Shown in pieces: positions 23,891 to 35,747 of a DNA stretch of 64,000 bases. Under the pieces are notes generated by a model, which worked only from the letters and a program-made list of their open reading frames with translations, made no database searches and was not told the origin of the DNA. This stretch comes from Cirrosporium novae-zelandiae. Its lineage: Eukaryota. Location: assembly GCA_026023565.1 (NCBI GenBank), contig JAPETS010000014.1, positions 310,001 through 374,000 on the forward strand. The letters run 5' to 3'. The translations under genes were made by a program, and so were the position numbers. The stretch's first letter is position 1, and the number at the start of each line of letters is the position of its first letter.

Positions 23891-26800
23891 CTAATAAGCT
23901 CCCTCTCTCTCCTCCCATTCCGGACTCTCCGTTATCTCAACGGTGCCCAAACCAGACTTAACAGCCGTCAATTCCTCTAGCGTGAACCCACCTAGCTTCG
24001 CCCCCCCATCTCCCTGCGCCCACAGCATAACGGCGAGGTAGTTTGTCCCGTGGTAGTCTAAGATACCTTCAGGGACCGGGTAGCTGGTCTGCGGACCAAC
24101 ATTGTTGACGTATTTGCCAAACTGCCAGCCGTTGACGTAGAATTGGGATCGGAAATCGGATACGGTTCCGTTGGCAGTGGTGTTGGTGTATACGAAGGCG
24201 AGGGGGATATCATAGCCCGATGGCATATCGAGGGTGAAAGAAGTGGTGTAGAAAGCAACACCGGCTTTAGCGATGCCGTCGAGTGGGGATGAAGTTTCCC
24301 AGGTTGAAGAGGGAGGACTGGGTAGGTGGTAGCCATTTCGTTCTGCGTAGATGCCGCCTTCGTTTAGGGGACCTCGGGTTTTGTCGAGGTAGTCTTGGCC
24401 ACCTAGGGTTCCGGCTAGCTTCCAGGTGATGGCGGATTTGGAACGAGAGGAGAGGGTGTAGTCGAGAATTCCACGAGGGAATTTCATTTCGTCAGGGCCG
24501 ACATACCAGTTTTCTTCTTGGCCCATGGTGTCAACGACGACGGTGATGGTGTAGGGTTTTCCGGAAACTAAGTTGGGCAGTGTGAAGGTTTGGTTGTAGT
24601 TTGAGTCGACATCAATGCCTGTCCAAGAGCCGAGGAACGTGCTGTTTAACCAGACGGAATGGCCGTAGGCGGATCCACCTTGTGTAGAGAGCTCGAAAGT
24701 TGACTCATTTCCTGTCGCGGTGAAATGACCACGATAGAGAATTTGTCCCGAATAGTATCCATATTCGGCAGCGTAGAGGACTGTGGGTGTTTTCAGAGTC
24801 GTTGGGTTGTTCGTGGATGTCTTGTTTGCATCCGTCCATAGTGGGTCATCGTACGAGGACTGAATTTCTGGAAGACTGTCTATGTATTTCCAACTCAACT
24901 CGGAGAGAGTGGGAAGGTCTAAACTCGGGGTGGTGAAGTCGATCGATGCAGTGACGACTCCATATTTATCCTGCGAGAAAGATATGCTTTCGCCGTTAAA
25001 CGTCACGGTAGAGGTATTGGACGGGGCCCCGAAGATCACCTCAAGTGGCGTAGTAGCATTCACATCGCCTGTTAGTGCTAGAGTGCTTCCCGAGACAGAG
25101 ACGGTACGGAGAAGGTATCCGGCTTTGGCGACAACTGAATTTAAATTGGCGGTTGATACCGTGTAGTTACCTGATACGCCCGAAGAAGGGATGTCGAGAG
25201 CCCAGTAGTCATATGCAGAATTACGATCGAGCAGATAGACGTAGAGGTTAGAACCAACTTTGACGACGGTGCGCGTGGAGGAAGCAGTCCAGTTGATGAT
25301 GAGGGAACCGTTCTTGGTTGATTGAGTAGGAGCGGCACCTTCGAGAGTAGTGAGATTAGTGACGCCCGTGAATGCGGCCTCGTTAGTTTCGCTCGAAACA
25401 CCATAGAGGACGAGAACAGTCTTGGAAGTGGAGTTCTTCCTGTTGCGTAGAATGGAGATGTCAGTATGGGATAGATAAAAGAAGATAATGAGCTAGAAAG
25501 AGGAAATCAAAACGAACCAAGTGAATACTTCAGCAGATGAGTATAGCAGCGTGTAGTCTCCTATGTTGTAATCAGTAACATAAATCTTCGAGTCGCGCCC
25601 GTTCAATGTCAACGTTCCATCCAATTGTGGGATCGTCACCGACCCCTTGGTCGTGTCGACAGTGATGCTATAACTTGTTGATGCGAGACTGTTGTACGCT
25701 GTATGCCTCACCACATAAAAGTTTGTATCGGTTCCATTTCCAATCAAGGGTGACACGGTGATGGCAGAATTGTCTGTGTATGCAGTGCTATAGCTCTTGG
25801 GAGTTGCTGTTAAGAACGCGGGAGACACTTTCAACATGTTGGCTTCGAGCTTGGCTTCGCTATATTTTTCACGGGTAATGGTGCGATCTTCGGCGATGGC
25901 AGCGCCATAGTCATATGATGTATATCTAGGATACATTAGTTGAAAAAATTAGCTGTAGGTAAGCGGGAGATGTTACCCTCCTGGATGGCCGAGATTTCCC
26001 CAGTTTGTACCACCGTAGGTCTGAGAGTATTAGCGTTGACTAGAACCCATGGATTTAGCACCCTAGAACTTACCATGTAAACACTAAAAATGGTGTTTCC
26101 AAAACTATATTGATTTTTATAGAATACTCGTTCGAACTCGTTATTCAGCAGAATTGAGCATTTATCAAAGCCATTTCCACCCCAGGGGTCGAAGGCGCCA
26201 CTTGAAGGGGTTAACATATTTAAGTTTCAATTGTGGAATATCATGACTCATGGGACTTTTATGGTGCAGGAATACTAACCCTTGAAATTCGGGGACCGTA
26301 TAAGGGGTCGAGGGACTCTGCGCTAGATGCTTCGTTAAGAAAGTTGTTGGAAGGCCGCCGCTAGCCCAGGTAGTAGGATTCGCGCAGTCAAAATCCATAG
26401 GGTATGAATCATGACCATAGATATCGACTTCGCCCACACCGGTGCCAGGAGCATTGTAACCATTAGCGGCAGCATCATTATTCATGAATGGAACCACAAT
26501 TCCTGCAGCCCGATACTGGTCTTCAACGGCTTGCATATATTCGTTATCAAGGCTATATCCATCTTCAACCTCGGAATATTCATTTTCTGGCTGTAGCAAA
26601 ATGACGGGTCCGCCATTGGTGATCTGAGCCTTGGCAACAATGGCACCGATTTCTGCGACGTAATTGTCGGTGGATTCCATATAGGACCCTTCTCGAGTTC
26701 GAAGAGTTCCATTGATCGTTTGAAGCCATCCAGGGAAACCACCCCCAGATACTTCTGCATTGATATAAGGCCCAGGTCGTGCGATGAGGTATATTCCAGC

Positions 26801-27268
26801 CTCACTCGCCGCGTTGAAGAATGGTTCCCAAGCGAAGACTCCTTCAGCAGTAAAGTCCCCAGGCTTGTCTTCATGAAGAGCTATGGACGTTTAACACGGA
26901 ATCCATGGTTGGTATTCTGATGTTTTGCTTACCCCAATCAACGTAAAAAGAAACTGCGCTATAACCTAGAGCTTTGATCTTCTGGAAGATATCTAACCAA
27001 AGCGAAACAACTGGAAGACGGAAGGGATGGAATTCTGCGCTGAATACCATGATCCGCTCACCGCGGACAAAGAGAGAATGTTCATCCCATGTCACCTAAC
27101 TTGGTTAGGAATTAATTCACATTATGCATTAGCAGAGAATATGCTAACAATATCTTGAAGAAGTTCTCGCTTGTAGGGCTTAATAGGAAGAGGATTGGTC
27201 GACCCCAGATGGGGAAGACAGAACAAAGCCAAATAGAGGAAAGCAAAAAAACGATTGAGCAGCGCCAT
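23891..27268 (-). CDS. lacA: Secreted GH35 beta-galactosidase, multi-exon
   Basis: Signal peptide [43 protein letters not shown]; catalytic QPENEY and [38 protein letters not shown]. Confidence 0.93.
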
Positions 27269-27527
27269 ATTGTTCTCCCTGCCTTTCAGCGCAAATAACA
27301 AGAAAACCAATTGAGAAGAGGCATCTTAAATAGTACAAGAAAGCGGGATCTGAGACCGGACATCCCCCTCTCTCAAAAGATGTCGCGAGATTGGACGGGA
27401 AAATTAATGGTAGGAAATAAAGAGGATCAACATTGTTTATTGGAAGAAGATTTAGCTTCCAAAGGCCTGTCAGGTACAGACCGAGTTAGGAAATTGGGAA
27501 GCGAATGGTGTTGTTTCTGGAATATTT

Positions 27528-27619
27528 CTGGGGTATCATGATTGATGGTTGTAAAAACGTTGGGGGATGACATGGGGAATCTTTCCATCTCCTGCGGGGT
27601 TCTCGGAGTTACCCCGGAG
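27528..27619. promoter_or_regulatory. Cluster of putative CreA/Cre1 (SYGGRG) catabolite-repression sites upstream of the beta-galactosidase
   Basis: CTGGGG 27528, GCGGGG 27594, CCCCGG 27612 (reverse) and CCGGAG 27614, all 260-350 bp upstream of the lacA ATG. The motif is short, so chance matches are possible. Confidence 0.4.
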
Positions 27620-28160
27620 AGGAAATAGGCCAACGGCACAGGGGAACAATAACAGGCATCCGATCGACAATCATCCACAATTAACGGTTAAATGCACCAA
27701 CTACCTTGTACAATAAATCCATCTATCTTATAGAATCTCGAGATAGATCAAATATCCTGTGACGTTAAGTTGCAACTGTCCTCGGCCCTCGGTCCTAAAA
27801 TTACATGAATTCATCTTGGAATAATTGGACGTCATTCCGGTGGGAGAAATCGAGAAATCGAGATTCCCTCATGACGGTTTGGTTTGTTTGTCAGCCTCAA
27901 TCACTATTATTTAGATGGTGAATATTGCGGTGTTTGAGCTCTTTCAATGGTTAATGTGGGGGGAGATTAAATAATAATTGCCTAGTACTCTGCATAATCA
28001 AGTCATCCGACATTCATCCTCTTCTATTATCCCCTCTTTATCACCCAGAACCTCTCATCCATCGTTACAAAAGTAAATATGCTGTTAGTGTTGCTAGGCC
28101 CAACCCGAGAGGGCTCCTTACCTGTTGATATTCCTAACCTTCGATCTGTAGTTTTCCAAA

Positions 28161-29152
28161 TTACTCTGTTAATGTTTGGACAATGGAGAGTCTGGATGAA
28201 GGCCTGTTAATAGATCTTCGATAGTGAACGGGACGAGTTGCCTCCTTTACTTCCAGAGTGTCATCCTCCATCACATCGTCTACATTATCTTCTAAAATCC
28301 TCTCAACATCCTTCGATCCTCGAAATGAGAGACCGTTTAGTGAAGGCAAAGGGCCACCAGGCCCCTCGTCTAGATAAACCCCACCACCGCCATTCGCCAG
28401 TCCCTCAAAAACCCAGGTTCCGCATGCTTTGTAGAACTTGAACGCTCGGCCGTTGACTGCTTTCTGGAATGAAGAGCCGTGAAGACGGGTTAGAAGTGAT
28501 GAGGGCCCTTCGTACCAGATGGGATCGATATGAGTGAGCGCTTCGGCTAAGATGGTACGTAGGTGAATAGTGTCGCGGCGGAGGTTCTTTGGGGGTGTGA
28601 AGATGAGCCATAGGGATACTTCTGGGGGTGTAGTGTTGGGTGGGGCTGGTGCATTAAAGTAGTTTAGATGGTGTAGTGATGGGAGCTGGGTTGATAATGC
28701 CTGGGAGTCGATATTAGGGGTTATAGGTTGCTCTTGGTTATGATATTTCTTTTGTCTTGTCTGAGTCCCGATAGTTGAACTATTATTCTGACCAACTGCA
28801 AGAGAAGTAGCAAGTAACTTAGAAGGCACCAGTTCTTCAATCTGGTGTCGTGGATTAGGTTCTTTGGCGGTTGATGGAGAGTTCCAAGGCCGCAAATTGA
28901 TTTGTCGAATGCTATCCTCTGGCCCATCATTCCACTCCTCTAGTGGTGCAAATAATTCTTCAGATAATTTTGGGTATTCAGACTCATTATCGGAAGACTT
29001 TGCGTGCTACAAATTATTTAGTAGAAAATATATAAGGTCAGGTATGTAATAATTACCTTGCTCTGGTTCTGCCAGCCGGGCTTGCTACTCTTAATATTCC
29101 AAGTAGAATTGGGGTTGAGTTCTTGCAATGGACAACGCAATTCGCTGTTCAT
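28161..29152 (-). CDS. Hypothetical protein (~310 aa), 2 exons, divergent from the HeLo gene
   Basis: MNSELRCPLQELNPN..NQSK is joined by a ~50-nt GTAATT..TTGTAG intron (~29056-29007) to an open frame continuous with ORF 28161-28895. No family recognised. Confidence 0.55.
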
Positions 29153-30413
29153 CGACGGAATCGTGATAAGCGGCCGCGAATGAAGGGTCCTGGAGGGATT
29201 CCACAATAAGAGTCAATCGGTTGGAGCTTTGTCTTCTAAAAGCAACAAGGCACATTGCTACTCGATCAAGCCGTAGGCTTTGGGTAAGTCGGGCTTCGTC
29301 GTCGCTATATAGAAATAGTATTACAAGGCGTAATGGTTATTGTAAAAATTTCAGTGTTTTGTTATAGAATTAGAGTTAATGTTCATCACAAAGGATATAG
29401 AGAAAGTGTTCAAGGCCTCCATCTCGAAATAAGAAGGATAGAAAGAAATAGAAAGAAATAGGCAAAGCTAGGTTGAATTCCTGAAGGAGGGAGCCAATCT
29501 GGTCTCGAAGGAGAATCCAATCCGCCAAACGGATGGTCAGCTTTGTTGTCAAGCAGATTGCAATCCTAAGAAAGCCAGTGAGGTATCATCTTCCTATCAG
29601 AAGCAAATGATACCCTGCCTACAGTTAGCTAAGAGCCACTTTTCTTGATTTTCTGTTGGAAGTGATGGATGATAATAGGGATGAAGCGCTTCCTGATTAG
29701 GTATTGGAAGAACACCTGGTAAATTGTTATATTGAAATGTCTACAAATCAGAAGAGAGACATGAAAGTTCGCGACGACCGCGTCGTTTCGTGAATATCAC
29801 TAATCTACTTTGGGAGTAGTCTATTGCACTACACGGTGCGTGTCGCGTTCGTGTGAGGCAGATAATCCTTGGCAAGGCGGAGCTGAATCTCCCGATCACA
29901 TACCCTCCTACACCCTTTTCACGCAATTGTTGTTTTATCTTACTAAATGCACTTCTCCACCTCATCTGCATCTATCAATAAGGAATTAGGATTAAACGCT
30001 TTATTTTGGTATGGAGACAACATTAAGACCTGATTTAGAAATATGATTCTCTCTCGTTGTGTCTCCAGCCTTAGATATGCTCATTTGTTGGTCGGAAAGT
30101 ATATACTTTATCTACCCGCTGGCGTTCTTGTATCGCCTACCGGGCAATTAACTTAGAAAGGGGCATCGGCGGCAATGACTTATACCCCTCTATTGCATCT
30201 ATGATTAGCGATTATTTCTCCTCAGGTGGAATATCAAGTATAAAACTGACTCTTTTATTCCTCCATCATGTATAATACTCTAATACTCTGTCTTCCTAGT
30301 CAAAACCCAAGTCTTCTTTAAATTTTTAGCATGCTTGTTATGAATTGACGTATTTTATGATTTTCCATTAACCGAATACAATCTAAAATTTCAACATTCT
30401 CCAGCTTTCAACT

Positions 30414-31193
30414 ATGGAGTCAGCAAGGCTCGCTAGCCTTTTTGATAATGCTATCGACAGCTTCGAATATGTCTACCTTGGCCGGACCTTCAACAAAAAC
30501 TTTCAAATAAGTTTACTTCAGCTTGATATCACGAGATTACGGCTCTCGCGATGGGGCCAATCTATAGGATTAAGCCCCAATCTAGATAATGCAAATGTTC
30601 TGGATCGGGGTGTGGTACCAAGAGAGCTTGTGAAAAGGTCCGAGATGAAACTTGGCCAAATTATGGAACTCTTTACCGATACTGAAAGGAGATGTGCAAA
30701 GGTCAATGGCAAGGCCCCTGACAACACGAACCTACTAGTATGCAATACGGAAACCGACTTGGACTCTGTGGGAGCATCACTCCACCACAAGATACGTGAC
30801 CACTCAATCAAACGGCAGAACGGAGCTCCGTTATCGAAAAAAACTGGATGGGCCTTATACGAGATTAATCAGTTCAGGAGGATGGTTAAGGACCTCGGTG
30901 GTCTAATCAGTGATTTAGAAGAGCTCTTTCCAGCTGCGCAGCCATTTCGAAGTGAACTTTGTGACATCGAAATTTCGGAAATCGGTACAGGTGACTGCCT
31001 TCGACTTTTGAAAGAAATTGTTGCCGATCAAGATTGGAATTTGGAGGTTGCTATTTCAAAGGCCATAAAAAACCGCGAGGGTGGTCCGTTGAATGTGACT
31101 TTTTCAGGAAACAACAATCATGGTCTCCAAGTCGGATATAATTACGGCACGATGAGTAACCTGCGTTGGGGGGGTGCTGGCCTATCAGGATAG
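30414..31193 (+). CDS. HeLo (HET-s N-terminal, prion-inhibition/propagation) domain protein with C-terminal PP-type amyloid motif
   Basis: LASLFDNAIDSFEYVYLGRTF..LQLDITRLRLSRWG and KKTGWALYE..F..MVKDL..LISDLEELFPA match the HeLo pattern. The tail NVTFSGNNNHGLQVGYNYGTMSNLRWG fits the NxGxQxGxN PP motif. Intronless, 259 aa. Confidence 0.9.
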   Translation: MESARLASLFDNAIDSFEYVYLGRTFNKNFQISLLQLDITRLRLSRWGQSIGLSPNLDNANVLDRGVVPRELVKRSEMKLGQIMELFTDTERRCAKVNGKAPDNTNLLVCNTETDLDSVGASLHHKIRDHSIKRQNGAPLSKKTGWALYEINQFRRMVKDLGGLISDLEELFPAAQPFRSELCDIEISEIGTGDCLRLLKEIVADQDWNLEVAISKAIKNREGGPLNVTFSGNNNHGLQVGYNYGTMSNLRWGGAGLSG

Positions 31194-32049
31194 CTAAGTT
31201 GGGAGATCCGATCCACCCAAGTTCGTTATCTTTTCACATATCTGGATTGACGGTCTTTCGGATGCGGCTAGTTGAGCGGTTGATTTAGCTAAACAGTCTA
31301 TTTTATTTTTAGAATGTAAAGATGGCATAAATCATTCGACAACCTAGCAGCAATACCAAAGACAACACTCTACTCTATCATGCAACATAGAAATGGTAAA
31401 TTCTCATTGCCTTTCTCAATATGTCATGTTATAACAAGCCCGTTATGCTGTAGGATAAAATAAGTATATGAAGTTAAAGACATCAACCAAGTTTATAGCA
31501 TTTAGATTGCTCAGCTGAGGCTAACGTTATATCAGACTATCATAGCACGCCCGAAATTACTTGGCCATCTCTTGCCATACATGAGAACTTATTAACTTCC
31601 ATATAGATGAAATACTGAATGCCTTGGGTAACTTGGATGCCTTTATCCTAACCAGGATTAACGCATAGAAAGTCATTCAGTCCAGGGAGGTCCCAGCGAA
31701 CAATTACCAACCTAAATTTTCCGACTATGTATGCCGCTATTATCATGATGAAGTTGGCAAAGTTTGTGATAAGTGTGCCTGATGGGGTACTCTCGCATTC
31801 ATTAAACCCATTGAGAATACAGTATGTCAATCCCAAGACCAGATCCCTAAGCACTCATTTACGACCCTTCGAAAGAGCCCCTAGTTATGACTTAGTTGGT
31901 ACTACTTGCTTCTCCGAAGTATCAAAGAATATAAGAAGATAGATGTCTGGGTCGGTTTTATTTTGATTATTAGGAAATAATCTTTCTGGGAGATCTAAGG
32001 ATAATATGAATAAGAGAAATAGTATGGGTAAAGCAACGACATGACTGTT

Positions 32050-32700
32050 AGAACCAGACGGCAGACTGAATTCTTAAGATCTTTCAACATATACCCCCAT
32101 GACTGTATTTCCTTCTAACTCCAGCCGTCTCCAACCTCTATCATGAAACTTTACCCCAATTTGATCGCACACACCCATTCCCCTAGTCTACTCCATCTTT
32201 CTCATCCTTCAGCATCCCGTCCGATGCTCCTAGATATCATCCAATTATTCCCCCACCCTCTGGCATTGTCTCAGGAGAACCTCTTCTCTTCTTCCTCCCC
32301 AACGATCGCACCCACATCTATACATCCTCCAAACCCTGACATGGAACTCCATCACCCTCTTCCAAAACACCATTAAGTCAAATGAGCCCAGTACTTCTAT
32401 CCTCATCGTTCTCATAAAACCCCCAATCTCCGAACGGCCTATAGATCTTGAGGACTCAGAATCTAATGTTTCGCTCAAATCTTGATCCCCAAGACTTGGT
32501 CAGGGGCTCGGAATTGCCGCCATACAGGACCGGTTCAATGTGACGGAGTGCTTGAGATAGGGGGACTCGGGGATGGAACGGACAGCTAGTATGGACCATG
32601 ATTTTATTGCCTGTGGCGGGATTGGCTCGTGGTCGTAGGGGATGATGCCCGAAGTACACGACCTTTAGCATTCGATTTGCAAGTTCTTTTCGGGTATGAA
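32050..32700 (-). pseudogene. Possible decayed aminoglycoside-phosphotransferase/kinase-like gene
   Basis: Weak remnants: KVVYFG..HTSCPFHPRVP, PLTKSW, RPFGDW and SHGGIC*KILRI, in roughly APH order. Frameshifted. Confidence 0.2.
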
Positions 32701-34189
32701 GGGCGTCTTAGTTTATCAGAGAGCCACTCGCGAGAAAGAAGAGCTAGATGGAAGTTTCTGGCCTTGTTGAGTTTATTCTTTTCATCCTCTCTCTGAAGAT
32801 ATTAAGATGGTGGTACTTGTCTTCGTCTCCATGCTTTTCATGCTTTCCGTCTTCAGCACCTGGGGTTTCTTCTCCAACTCTTCCTCTTTTTGTTGGATAT
32901 GAGCTTTCCTATTCTCTCACTTGGTGATGATTGGGTTCTATCGAGATGTTTGGTTCTCGTCTATCATGTCCGGACTGACTCTTGTATCCTAGCTCATCTC
33001 CAAGTGCATCACTGACTTGGGAATCCTCCATATTCGCTCACTCCCAATAGGTGATAGGAAATAATAAGTATTATCGAAGGTTAGGATATCGAATAGCAGG
33101 GGCAATGAATAAAAGACAAGAGTGAAGAATCCGTAAGATTAGTTGGTAGCGCTCAAGATGAAGAGAAGGACTCTAATTTTTTTTCTTTCTTTTCGGAAAG
33201 TGGAGGATGCGTAAACAGAAAGAATAGAACAATTTTCAAAAACATAGTGATGGGATCATGTCCCACTTGTTGACTCGACGATAGCAGCCTCCCACACAAC
33301 CAAAAATAAAAATACATTATAATCAGCACTCCTAATACCCTAACACCAAACACATTTTCATAGCCATGAAAAGCCTCGTGGATTGTTGTACAGCTCTATA
33401 TAACTTCGTTAAAAAGCAACTTCCATTTCATATATCTTAACTTTCCTCCCAGCTCCTCGCATCCCGAAATCAAACAGCCCATCCACCAGTAGCACCCATT
33501 ACTTGTTACTCGTTATCCCCAGGAGCTATTACACTCACTAAAGGTGATCAGTCATGTCAGGAACTGCCCTTTCTTTTCCTCTTCCTTAACGATCCCCCTC
33601 GATAGCACTCCTCTTCTGCCATTTGACTCGTCGCTGCTGTTCTGCTTGTTAGCTCTTTGCTTCCTATGCTTTCCATACCCTACTCGTTTTTTGCATGATT
33701 CGCAGACCTGGCCTAGCGGCCGCTAACCCTTCCACTGGGGTTTCGTAGCTTCACCACCAAGCCTCCCATTCCACGAACCGATATTTGGGTCTCTTTGTAC
33801 GTACTTACACCTATCTCCACTCCTCCACGGTCCACATCCCATCTATTTTTCTGCAAGGTATATTTCACTGTATATTCGTCCATGTTTGTGCGATTAAACA
33901 TGTCTTTCAAGATCATGGTCTTCTATTCCTCCGACGCATTACAATGTTGGAAATAGTCCTTTGGAATCTCATCTGAGGGGGAGCCAGCTTCTGGAACAAG
34001 AGTGTGGGCTTGCTGTTGTCGCAGACGGCACTTTCCAAGGCTGATCCCTGGAGGTATTTGAGCGGTGCCAGGTTCCCGGATTTGTAGATGACCGGGTCTT
34101 TGTGCATGGAAGCTTCCCTGAGAACAATACGGTCGTGTAGACTTTCGAGTTTCTTGTGCGGTGAATATGAACTAGAAAGAAGTTTCTGG

Positions 34190-34323
34190 GGGCTGCGAGA
34201 GTTGCGATGCGGTCCCCATCCAGTAGTCTAAATGTGCCGTTGGAATCAAGGTAATAATAAACAATGCGGTCGGCATCACCATCAAAGGAGGCGCAGCGTT
34301 CTAGCAGAGCTGGTTTCGAAAAT
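34190..34323 (-). pseudogene. Isolated fragment of phosphoacetylglucosamine mutase (AGM1/PCM1-like)
   Basis: The minus strand translates SKPALLERCASFDGDADRIVYYYLDSNGTFRLLDGDRIATLAA, the metal-binding DGDADR loop region of PAGM. No flanking PAGM sequence is recognisable. Confidence 0.85.
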
Positions 34324-35747
34324 CTGCAAAGCTTAGCTGAGAGAGAGAAGGAGGATAATGTTTCCCAGCAGGAAAACCAGAGGTATTTATATATTTTGAG
34401 AGATGCTTACATTGAACTCAACCAACGGCAGTTGCGGTAGTTCCTTTTGAAACTCAACCAAAGGTCCGAGAGCAGTATGGAAACGAACGTGCACATAGCA
34501 TCCAACTACAAAATCACACTCAGAAAGAACAACTTGCAAGTTTCCATCAAAATTTTGCATGCAAGTACGTATCAAGTTTGTCACTCCCCTTTGCTCGATT
34601 TAATCCAACCCTACCTTCTCAAAACAAAAAACCCAGTTTGTTCTGAAATCCAATAAACAAAGCATATGAAATAGTTCTTCTTCCTCTAGCAATATCCAAC
34701 ACAACCCTATCATCCATCATCCATGGCACCTAACCAACCCGAAACAAAAAAAGATATGAACATTAATCCTAAATTTATATAGATAGAGATACCACTCTTC
34801 CAGCACTCAACAGTGAAAACTGTGGTGTCCTACAACGGAGCGGGACGGAGGGTAGATAAATGGGTTCCCAAAAGAACATGGTTGAGGGTCCGGGATCAAG
34901 TACAGGGTATAAGTCGTGTTCAAGAAGAGATGGACGTATATACCTAGTAAAATAGATAAAGAGGGGAGGGTGGAAATGGATAATACAAAGTTTATCAATT
35001 GCGAGACATTACAAGCATACATGCACACATACAATCGATATGTTGTAGATCAACCATAGGAGAAAGAGAAAAAATACCAAGAAATAATTACAAGCCTAAC
35101 GAAGAACATCATAGGAATACTAACGGAGAACTAAAAAAAAAATGATAGGACTCACCAGCTACCAATTTATATGTTCGTGATTGCTTCAAACCAAAAAAAT
35201 AGGGGTTTGATAAGAATTCTGTGCTCGAGTTTATAATCCTTGTTAGGGATAGCTTCTCTTGGCTTGCGGTCGGTAGGAACTGAACTCCATGCGTACCTCA
35301 GTAGTTATATAGATCCAGCCAGGTAAGCCTATGATGATCAACCGACCGGCTATAGATGTTTGTTGGTTGAAAGGGGGCTTTCTGTATATAAAAAAATAAT
35401 AGCAGGGTTTATTCATTTGAATAATTGTCTCTTCCTCTCCCAAAGCTTGTATGCAAAGGCATGATTTGTTCAATAACTCATTAAAAAGAGTGCCCTACTA
35501 ATCAGTCAACACGAATAATCAGACCTAAGCAACAATACCAACCCAACATCTCAACACTTTAGTTCTTGTTTATTTATTTGCCTCTTCAAAGATCTTTCTC
35601 TCGATCTGCAATGCTGTATACCAATCACATTCTATCAGACCACAATACCTTCAAGCTTATTCCTGCCTCCTAAACTAACTTGGAACTAATCAACTTGCTA
35701 CTATCTTTCCTTGCGCTGTCCTTTCTCTCCTAAAGGTTGATACCAGA

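Noticed and set aside
28760..28815. SLAVGQNNSSTIG in the gene divergent from HeLo-PP, vaguely like the PP motif
   Set aside because: It lacks the core N-x-G-x-Q, is internal rather than N-terminal, and the protein has no NACHT/NB-ARC features.
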